64,000 bases of DNA. Source: Thalia democratica. Taxonomy: Eukaryota. This document shows positions 25,694-35,692 of the stretch, piece after piece. Under the pieces are notes generated by a model that did no database searches, was not told where the DNA came from, and saw only the letters and a program-made list of their open reading frames with translations. Both the position numbers and the translations under genes were made by a program. Each line of letters starts with the position of its first letter. Position 1 is the stretch's first letter. Location: NCBI GenBank assembly GCA_965202585.1, contig OZ241829.1, positions 61,566,001 to 61,630,000 on the forward strand, read 5' to 3'.

Positions 25694-27199
25694 GTTTTCT
25701 AATTTCGTTTAATTAATATTTATTAAACTAACTTTAAGTTTTCTTTGCTTATTTTTATTATTTTTTTTATTAACTTTTAGCTCTTTAATAAAAATAGAAA
25801 ACTACCTTTTCGCTAACATCTCTCGACATTTTATATACTTGTGTAAACAAAACAAATCCCTACTATCTATACAAGATAATGTGAGCTAAATGAAAAACCA
25901 CAATAAACAGTCGCTGTTTATTTTTTTAATTATCTAAAACTTTTAAACCAAGTATAATTATTAAACCGACTTTTATCGAAGTTTAATTAACTTTATTTTT
26001 TTATAGTTTCTAGGCAACTATGTAGAAATTCAAAAAAATTATTTTTTATTTTAAGTTTAAATTAGCTCAAAAAATCGATAGTTAGTAAGCGTATTTTATA
26101 ACTAAAAATCTGTAGTGAAAACTAAAGGAAAATAACTTAAAGTAGTGAATAACAAAAAATAAAAAAATTTGCTGGTAATTGCTTTACTTTTGAGTCTATA
26201 TACATAATCTAATTTGATTGTAATGAGCTTTAATCTACAAGATTTTTAAGTTTTTACTTTAACCTTTGTATTTAGTAATTTAACTTAAAAAAAACAAAAC
26301 TAACCTTAGTTTAAAGAATACTAACAAAACATATACAGTAAAACACAAAAAAAAAAAACAGAGTAAAATGAACGGTTAATTATGATTTATTAAAGAATTT
26401 TTTCAATAGTAACTATTTACCCTTTTGAAAAGCTTTGAAAAACAAATATGCATGTCGAAGTTTTTTTTTTAACAATATTTTATTTCAACAACGAAAAATA
26501 CTTAATCTTCAGAAAAAATGCTTTGTTAAACTAAGTTTAAAAGTTCTCAAAGTCACTACAAAAGCTATTAAAAATCTTTATACAACATGTTTTTAGATTT
26601 ATATAATTGCTATAAAAAAGTTAGATCAAAATTTTTAATGTTAGAAAAAAAACTTAACTATTAATAAATATTTAACTATTTTTAACTATTTTAACCATTA
26701 ATACTATCATTGATACCATTATATTTCAATAAAATGCTTCGTTTTTAGTCCTTCGCACATATTTTTTCACAAAAATTACCAATAGTTTTATTTTCGTACT
26801 CCAAAACAAGTGTTTATAAAAATTTTAGAAGAATAACTTATGTGTAACAATAAATTTTCAGTCCAATAAGCTATAAAAGCTAATAATAGTAAAGTTTCTA
26901 AAACCTGGATAAATATGATGAAAGTCTACTACTTAAGTTTTTTAAAACATAGTATTTTTCTTGTTTGAATTTTTGCACAACTAATTTTTGAAAAGTGGTA
27001 TATACTTTTATTATAGAACACTTTTGGTCATACTTAACTTGCATTAAAAATATTTTGCTTAACTCGTTAAAGGCAGTAAAAGTTATTACTTTTGTTTTGC
27101 TTCAACTTATATAAAACTACCAATAAAGTTATATTTTTATGCTACTTTATACGTATAGATAGTAGTTATTTTAGAATTTTATTTTTCAAATTTTTATTT

Positions 27200-29249
27200 T
27201 TAGAAGTAGTAACAATGGCAATCATAAGTTTTTCGCAGTGGTCTTAGTTTTTCTTTTCGTTTTTTGTTATAATAATTCTTCCTATCGTGCCTTCTTCTCT
27301 AAAAAAAACTTTGTTTAAATACAAATAGCATACTGTAAAAGCTTTTATTTTATCTATATATACATAATACAATTTTATTTAAACTCTGTATAGACATAAG
27401 TTAGTAAAATTTAAATATTTTTTTATTATTTATAATGTATATAAATTGTATATAATAAAGTACCGATTATGTATGCAAAGATTTAAATACTAAGTTTTAT
27501 TTTCAAGTAAAGTGTATACTTTTTACAAATACACTTTATAACGAAAAGTTGTATGGTAAAACTAATAAAATTAAACTAAAAAAGTGTTCAGTTTTTAATA
27601 CTAACTTCAGAAAAAATAAATCATCTTTTTCAGGGACTTCCAAATAAAATTAAAGCTGCAGTAAAAACATATCTGATGTCAAACTTACTTTCGAACTTCG
27701 TTGCGAAGGAATAGGCTGAAATTTTTGCTCATTTATGCTAGTGCAGATGTCTGTTTCAGTGTCAATAATGCTACAAGTTTCGTCATTCTAGTTGGTAAGT
27801 TTTATTTTTTATGTTATACATAAAGTATCAACAATTAAAAGTTAAAAATAAAAAGATGTTTTTCCTTAACTCACTCATATGTTTTTCAATTAAGTTTTTA
27901 CCTAATTATTTTACATTTAAGTGAAATAAAAAACTTGTTAGTCGGTTTTTTACAATAAACTTTTGATTTTTATATGCCGTTTGATTTTTTCAGAGTGCTC
28001 GTACTTTTGCCTAACAACTTCTTAAGAAGTATTGAAGAAGTTTACTTTTAGATATAAAAAACCGTTTAAAAATATCTAACGTGAGTAGTAACAGATAAGT
28101 TTGTTTGACTCTCACTACCATAACTGGTACCACCGTATGAAGAAGCTGCAGCACTTCCATATAAGGTCATCCCGTCACTAGCAACAGAACTTCTATATAA
28201 CGTCGTTCCATCATCAGCAACAGTACTTCCACATGAGGAAATTTCATCACCAAACACAGATGTCTGCATGCTGAAACTGTCAAAACCACCTTTGTTTAAT
28301 AGTTCTTTCACCACAAGTTTTGCAGCTTCTTTTCCAGTTATTTTTCTATTAAGTTGCAGCTTCTTTTGATTTTCGTTTTTAGTTTGTTTAGGTTTAGCTT
28401 TTGAACTTCTACGCTTGGGTTTTTCTTGGTCAAGTTTTGTAGTTTGTGCGTCTTTTATAACTTCTTTCTTTTTGCCGGATTTTGTCTTATAATAAACTAA
28501 TTTCAGACCAACTTTTTAAACACTTGAATAATAAATTTTACAACCTTTGTTTTTTCCTTTCTTCTAACTGGTTCGTCCTGGTCTACAACTCGAACGTGTG
28601 TTTTTGTACTTAATCTAACTCTTCGATTAGGCCTAGGCTTGTAACGATGCCTTAAACTACACTAGAAAAAAGTTTATCAAAACAAATAAGTTGAAAGTTT
28701 TTTTGCTTCTTTACAATAATTTAAAACAACTAAGTAAGTACCTGAAGTTAATATAGAAAAAAAAAATTTACTTAATAAAAATTGTTGAATCTACTGTAAT
28801 TAAACAAAAATATATGGTTAGTTTTGAAAGTTTACAAGTGATAAAAAATGTCAAATATCAAAACTAACTTTTTTATGCGACTTCATAGTTATTTAATGCA
28901 GATATTTTATTATCAGTTTCAAATTTTCATAAAGCTTCAAAAAGTTTACATAACAAAACAAGGAACAAGAGATTTAATGTAATCGAAAGTTTTACGTTTT
29001 AGTTCAGTTTAAAACTAGCCAAGCTACGTCATTCAAAGTATTAATAGAATAAATTAGCAATTTAATAAAAGTTCTTAAAATTAAATTAAGTAGACCAAGC
29101 TAAATTGTTTTTTAAATTTTTACTAATAAAGTAAATAAGTGTAGCTCGATGACGAACAGATATTTTTATACACTAGCTTTGATCATATATTCAAGCATCG
29201 GTTTCTTAGCGTTTTCAGTAAACTTGTAAAAAGTTTTACGAACTTTCAT
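27200..29249 (-). CDS. orphan Lys/Arg-rich and Ser/Thr-rich protein; 5 exons, about 265 aa
   Basis: Exons 29249-29172 (tentative), 28661-28545, 28485-28081, 27787-27689, 27298-27200; all phase-0 GT-AG introns giving one open frame ending ..RKTYDCHCYYF*. No family recognised. Confidence 0.6.
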
Positions 29250-30151
29250 GTTTTGTTTGCACAAAAAGTTAAAAAGATACAAAATAAAATTACAGTTTAG
29301 CTTACAATAAATTTTGTTTGCTTATCTTAATTATTTGCTTTTGTTATGATTGTTTTTTAGTATATTCTGTGGTACATGACTTTACTTTATAGTAAAACTT
29401 ATGGTCTGAACAAACTTATCTATAATATAATTTAAGTATCAAAAGTTTCATAAGACTACTTTTGAAAAACTTTTTTCTGTTTTTTTATGGAGGTACGTTT
29501 GTTTCAGTTAAATTTTGTGAATATAATATTTTATTTGAGATTATTTCATAACGATTTAATGCTGTTTTATATTGCTTGTTTAAGTAAACAAATTTTATGA
29601 AAGGCAACAAGAGTAAAAATATCTTTTTATTAAATACTGTGCACCTTAACATAAACTTCTGCTGAAACAATTTCATAGAACTGTCTCTACGTTACTAGAA
29701 CTATTAAAATTAATTTTATTTTATCGTTATTGTCTTAGTAAATGTTTCTTAAGTTTAGAAAGTAAATAATTGTAACATTATATGCTTAATCCATGTTTAA
29801 AGTACGTCAATAAATGCTTTGAAAGTAGTCTACTAACTTTGGTGAAAATTTTAGAAGAACTAACAAAAGATATAAGTTCTTTACATTTTCACGATAATTT
29901 ATGTACATTTTGTAAATTTTTGCTTTGAAATTTGTAAAAAATAACGTAATAATACAAAAATTCAAAAATTTCTCTAACATCAAATACTCAAATAATTCAT
30001 ACTTAATGCTGTTTTATTTAATTTGTAAATGTTTTTATATGCCCGGTGAATAATACTTGTGATAAAAAATTTTAATGCGTTGTTTTGTTTGATGATCTAC
30101 AGAGTTTAATGTTAACTGTTGTTTATCGTTTCAAACATATAAAACTATAAA

Positions 30152-31264
30152 ATGTCTTGTAAGCGTGGTAAACACGAAGAAACACTGTCAAAGGAATTGC
30201 TTGACATCATTTTAAAGGAGATCAAAAACTCAAAAGAGTCTAGTTGTGACAGCATGGCTGTTGACAGCTCAGACTCGGAGGATGAAACTATCCACAAGGA
30301 CGAAATCGTTATGCCTGAACCTGCTAAGAAGCCGCCATCGGAAACAATAAGTCCATTAGAAACAATAAAGTCAATTTCACAAATAAATGATTCTAATTTT
30401 TACCAAAACAATTGGTTCACAAACAAAAATCAGAACAAGTTTTCAACTCCAGGAGAAATTAGAGCCATGGTAAAATCTGTCGGCTATCAGAACTCGATGT
30501 TAACTTCTAATTCTGCTTACGCAAAAGAAAACATAAGGACCTTTGATTATCCCAGAAGTAATAACAAAGATAAAAAACTAAAAACTTCTTACCTAGAAGA
30601 TGTCATTTTTAAATTGGACAAGTGCTCAGGAAAGGTTAAGAAGGAAAACAATACAGTTTCGCCAGGGGTTGAAACTTTAAAAAATCTAACTCGAGCACTA
30701 AAATATAAAAGTAACCGAGGGTCTAAAACTGAAAACAGTACAAATTTAAGCCTTGTCCAAGAAAAAGAAGTCAATAAACAAAACGAAGAAAGATCTGTAG
30801 CTACTAAAATTACGCAGTCATCCGGAAATTCATTCGAAAACAAAAACTTCCTAAACAATTGCTGCAAACCTGAAAAAGGAGATTCCATGTCAAGCCCGGC
30901 GTCGCGAGACAACGTGCAGCCGTGCATAGTCGTGTCTTTGAAGGAAATTCTCGAAAACTTTCACGAAAAGTCCGAAAAGCAAACACAGACGAACGTCGGT
31001 CCGATAAAACTGAGCAAAGCTTGCGCGGCAGAGTCGAGGGAATTGAGACTGTCCATGAACAACAACATGCTGTTTCCTACGGCAAAGACGATGAGCCAGG
31101 AAGGGGAAAAGAAAGCGAGCAAGAGAAGGTACAGGAAGAGCATAAGGCAGCCTGCGGGTCTCGCTTCTGTGGTTTGGTCTTTCGTGACCGGAGCTTCAAT
31201 GACTAATATCCTTTATGAGGATAAACCGCTTTCAGTTTGCTCCTCTCGTAATAAATGCTCATGA
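30152..31264 (+). CDS. single-exon orphan protein, 370 aa, S/K/N/E-rich and probably largely disordered
   Basis: 1113-nt ATG-to-stop ORF in otherwise stop-rich AT DNA, with elevated GC; no family recognised. Confidence 0.7.
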   Translation: MSCKRGKHEETLSKELLDIILKEIKNSKESSCDSMAVDSSDSEDETIHKDEIVMPEPAKKPPSETISPLETIKSISQINDSNFYQNNWFTNKNQNKFSTPGEIRAMVKSVGYQNSMLTSNSAYAKENIRTFDYPRSNNKDKKLKTSYLEDVIFKLDKCSGKVKKENNTVSPGVETLKNLTRALKYKSNRGSKTENSTNLSLVQEKEVNKQNEERSVATKITQSSGNSFENKNFLNNCCKPEKGDSMSSPASRDNVQPCIVVSLKEILENFHEKSEKQTQTNVGPIKLSKACAAESRELRLSMNNNMLFPTAKTMSQEGEKKASKRRYRKSIRQPAGLASVVWSFVTGASMTNILYEDKPLSVCSSRNKCS

Positions 31265-31917
31265 AAAATTAACTTTATAACTAATAAGTTGCTTAAAATT
31301 TTTGCAGTTATAAATTTAAGCGTAATTTAACCTTTTTTATCGCTTAGAACTTATAGTTGCTTTTTACATGAGTAGCAGTGATAATAACACAAAATATTTT
31401 TTTTAATTAGTTAGTTTTTAGTAATTAAAGTAAGAGTAAAACTAGTTTTTACAAATATTTTTGAATAATATTAAACTGTTATTATATGGAAGATTTATTT
31501 TGAATAAAATAGTTTTTGGTTATAATCAATATTTTTTTGATTTAAGGCTACGAGAACTTTTTAAGAAAGCATAGATATCTTAAGCTTTAAAACTATTACT
31601 TGACCTAAAATTTTTAGTTTGTCAAAAAATATTTTTTATGATAAGTAATAACTAAAATAAGGTTTTGTCCAAATTATAAACAAAAAAATTCAAAGTTTTA
31701 TTTTGTTTTTAACTACTAAATAGGAAGTTTAGTATTCGATCTTAGCGAATAAATTCTATTAAATAAAGCTCAAGGAAAAAAAAATCTTTAATGTTTTTTA
31801 ATCATACTAAAATAGTTTTTAAAAACTTAAAAATCTCTAAGTAGAGCAAGCTATGTTTTACTTTTGTAACGTTAAATAAACGCATAGTGTTATCAAGCAT
31901 TTCAATGTTATTCAAAA

Positions 31918-32421
31918 TAAATATCAAGAGTTTAAGACAGTTTAAATTTATAGACAGTTTAAATTTACAATTAAATCTCTTATGTGAGAACCAAAAAGAA
32001 GGATTTTGCGTTATGTAGTTCTATATAGCTAAAGTAAGAGATTTAACAAGTAAAATAGCACAACGCAAAATCCTTCTTTTTGGTTCTCACATAAGAGATT
32101 TAATTGTAAATTTAAACTGTCTATAAATTTAAACTGTCTTAAACTCTTGATATTTACTGATTGATGATTACAAAAATTAAAAAAAAAAAAATTTTTATAA
32201 GATTTTTTATAGTGAACTTAATTTGGATTGACCATTTTTATAAACCACTTTAGAATAAGCCTTTATGTAGTTCTATATAGCTAAAGTAAGAGATTTAACA
32301 AGTAAAATAGCACAAAGGCTTATTCTAAAGTGGTTTATAAAAATGGTCAATCCAAATTAAGTTCACTATAAAAAATCTTATAAAATTTTTTTTTTTTTTA
32401 ATTTTTGTAATCATCAATCAG
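31918..32421. repeat. two abutting long palindromes sharing an identical 49-nt loop
   Basis: Arms 31918-32012 / 32062-32156 (95/95 complementary) and 32157-32264 / 32314-32421 (107/108). Loops 32013-32061 and 32265-32313 are identical. Confidence 0.97.
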
Positions 32422-32593
32422 TTTTTTAAAAGTTAATAGTCACAAAAAGAATATTCGTAAAACAATTTTTATACTAATTTTAAAATTATTTAAAGACTAC
32501 TATTTCAAATAACTTCGCTTAAAACTGTGTTGAACGGGTACTTTCGTTATAAAAAAGAACTTTTTTTTTGATTAAAAGTAAATTAAGAAGGAT

Positions 32594-34848
32594 TTAAACT
32601 CGTGACCTTTTCATCATAACATCGTCAACCGCAGTTCCTATTTCCTCGGGGTGCAAACTGACGTGAAACGATTCGAACACGGAATCTTTCACGTTGCTCG
32701 CCGGAGCCATTTCAAAATTTTCCTTCGGACTCGTCGCGGTGCTGCTGACACTCGCTTTTGTCTTCTTGGTGAAAACTGTGCTGCTCACAATTTCAGAGGT
32801 GCGTATTTTTTCGATGACAAAAGAAAAGCCAAGCTTTTTGGACACTTGCGCCATTATTTCGTAAACGTTGTTTCGGAACTTGACGTTTTTCACGTTGTAT
32901 ATCAAAAAGTTCCAGATGGTCGCGCACGTCAAGCACACGTAGCCTACAAACTCCAACGAATAAAGCGCTAAAAAACTTTCAAGGTCCAGGCTACGCGGCT
33001 TGTACAGGCTCAAGTTCGGTGTTGCTATGGTGGCTATTATAACAACGATCAACGGCAAAGTCATCAATGAAAAAGCCGTGACCATTTGAATCAAAGTCTT
33101 CGCCAGCTCGACCTCAATGTTACGAGGTTTTTTGTCCGATCTGGATTTCTTGCTGTGAAGACGCTTGGTTTTTCGTGTGTGCTTTCTGGTGTAACAAAAC
33201 GTGGCGATGCTCGTACCGATCATCAGCAGAAAAGGCAGGCCCAACACAACGATGTACACCGTCTCCGCCTCGAAGCCGGCCATCGTGAAAAGGGCGCCGA
33301 AGAACACGGCGTACAAAAGAGAAGGCTTCGTATAAAGCGGCAGCGTGGCCACGAACACGCAAAACAGCCAGACCGCCGCGCACGCCCGCTTCGATATTTG
33401 CTTCGTGTTCAGCGTGCGGTAGGTGAAGGGGCGGGCGACCGCGAAGAGGCGGTCAGCAGCGGCCAGCAGCAACGTGTAGAGGGAAGCCATCAGGCAGGTG
33501 AAGTAGACGAAGCCGAAGAATTCCACGTAGCTCTTGCTGTAAACGTCTATGAATCTCGAAAACAAAAAAGACTCGTTTTTACCGAAATTAACTTCTTTGA
33601 TAGCGAAAGGAGACCTTGTCAAGCTCAGCAAGTTGTAAAGTATCGACGGTATGACCACAACCGCGTAAATGACGTCGGCGATTGCAAGCGATACTTTGAA
33701 GCTTGATTGGCTGTTTTGCAAGGACTTTTTCTTGCAAGTGACCAGAATCACGAGTGTGTTCATCAGCAGTGAAGCTACTCCGACGACTACGTGAAACGCG
33801 GCTAGTGCCCGGATGTTTGTTTTGCAACTGAAAAGCAAATTTGGAAATACTATTTGATTTATAATGGTCTAATAATTTAAAATACATTTATTACTTTAAG
33901 AAAAACTACAGTTGTTAAAACACACTTTAGTTTGTACGTTTGTTGTGTAAAATTTACAATGAAGCTAATTAAAAATGTGCTATCACTGCTTTTTTTATTT
34001 AGCTGTTTAAAGCTAAAAAGCGTTATTTTAAAATAAACTACTTAAGCATCTGTTTTAAAAAAGTAACATTATTCAGCCTTGTAAAAATAATTACTGCCAC
34101 TTAAATAAGCGTGAATAGTGCGTAAAATAGTTTTGAATAAACTGATAAGTCACATAAGTAACACAAGCAAAAACATTACATTTTTCAATTTAGTGAAGTT
34201 ATACGTTCAGTCGAAAACAAACTAATTATTAAAAATGATAAACAACCTTTGAGGAGCACAGTCCCAGTATGAAAGCCCAACATTTGCTACATTTTTGTTA
34301 TGAAACCCACACCAAACTATCGGACACATTGGAATATCGAGACTCAACACTTCTACAAAACTTTCAGCTCCGAACCTGTAAAAACTGTTTACTGCGACGC
34401 ATGAGTCCTTTAAAAAAGGTTGCTTTGATGACAAGCTTTTGCTAGACATATTATCTTTAACACTGCACGTACTGTTAAAACTGTCCGGGTCACAGACTGA
34501 CAAATAAGCCTTTTCGGACAGATCATTAAAGTTGAAAGTTTTTAAGCTGCATTCGTTGTCGATTTGCTCGCTGCAGTTCCACGATTTTAGCAGGTTCAAA
34601 TACCTTAACAGCTGCATTTTGTATCTCCACGAGCACTCGAAGGCTTTTGTGAGGTTTTTGCAGCATGACTCGTTCTGAGGTAGGATCTGACCAACTTTGA
34701 TGTAAGGACAGTTTACTTCATACTTACATACGGAAGTGTTGAAGAGACTCTCAGCGTTTAGAACGGTTGTTGTGTTTTCGTCACTTGAAACGGTTGCTAC
34801 ACACAAAATTGCAAATGTTATTATTTTTAAATAAACAAATATTTTCAT
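32594..34848 (-). CDS. class A (rhodopsin-like) GPCR with signal peptide and an about 200-aa Cys-rich N-terminal ectodomain; 2 exons, about 611 aa
   Basis: Exon 34848-34247 joins 33827-32594 in phase 2 (..WDCAPQS|CKTNIRAL..). Seven hydrophobic segments with TM1 N (LMNTLV), TM2 SLAIADV, TM3 ADRLFAV, TM4 W, TM6 FSLMTLP, TM7 NFLIY. Confidence 0.9.
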
Positions 34849-35266
34849 TCGTTTTTTTTTGTTTTCAAAAATACATTTAAAGCTGAAATATTGTTTATAT
34901 TAACACTACCCGATAAGTTTTTTCTACAACATTGTTGTAACTTTTAAATATTTTTGTACCATTGTTGCATAAACTCTAGATTAGGTAGTTTTAAATTTAA
35001 TAAACATAAACTTTCTAGTTACTTAAATCAAAATACTTATACAGGTAAGTCAAAGGCTTTAAAAGAAAAATTTTTCAGTTATTTGAACTTTACCACAACC
35101 CCTCAATTTTTTTTTTAAATCTTTTCAACGAAGATTAAAAGTTTGTTTTTCAACATGGAGTATTTTAATAACTGCCCCTTTACTTTACTTACCCAATAAT
35201 ACTTTAGTTAGTAAAACTTTTATAACTGTTTTATAACTATCGTTGTAGAACACATACTAATATACT

Positions 35267-35692
35267 GGGTGCACGACTATTCAAATTCGGACAATTCAAA
35301 TTCCGACAATTCAAATTCTTAATAAAAGATTAAAACGACTAAAAATAAAAAAGTAATGTGTATTTGACTTAAATAAAAAATACATATGTAAATCATATTA
35401 ATATCTACAGGCCATTTTTTTCTTTTTGCAAAACATTAAATATTTTTTGAGATATGGCTTATATAAAGTAAAAAAACATAGTTATTTTTAGTAATTTTAA
35501 AATATCTTGAAAAGTATTTTAGAGTTTGAAAAAAAAAAAAAAAAATGGCTTTAGATATTATTAAGATCTACATATGTATTTTTTATTTTTTTCAAATTTA
35601 TATTACTTATTGAGATATAGTGCTTTTAATATTTTTTTAAGAATTTGAATTGTCGGAATTTGAGTTGTCCGAATTTGAATAGTCATGTAACC
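35267..35692. mobile_element. Mutator (MULE)-type foldback MITE
   Basis: Long imperfect TIRs starting GGGTGCACGACTATTCAAATTCGGACAATTC and ending GAATTTGAATAGTCATGTAACC; 9-bp TSD TAATATACT at 35258-35266 and 35693-35701. Confidence 0.88.

Noticed and set aside
30589-31206. Overlapping ORFs of 112, 94 and 60 aa
   Set aside because: Shadow frames of the 370-aa ORF
32013-32313. Identical repeats separated by unique sequence (CRISPR-like), and faint likeness of the loop to the Cas9 sgRNA scaffold (CAAGTAAAATAG)
   Set aside because: Only two repeats, the 'spacer' is 203 nt of inverted flank, the context is eukaryotic with no cas genes, and the similarity is short and AT-rich
32651-33887. Plus-strand ORFs of 106, 206 and 99 aa and an alternative-frame 87-aa ORF
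   Set aside because: Shadows of the GC-rich GPCR exon
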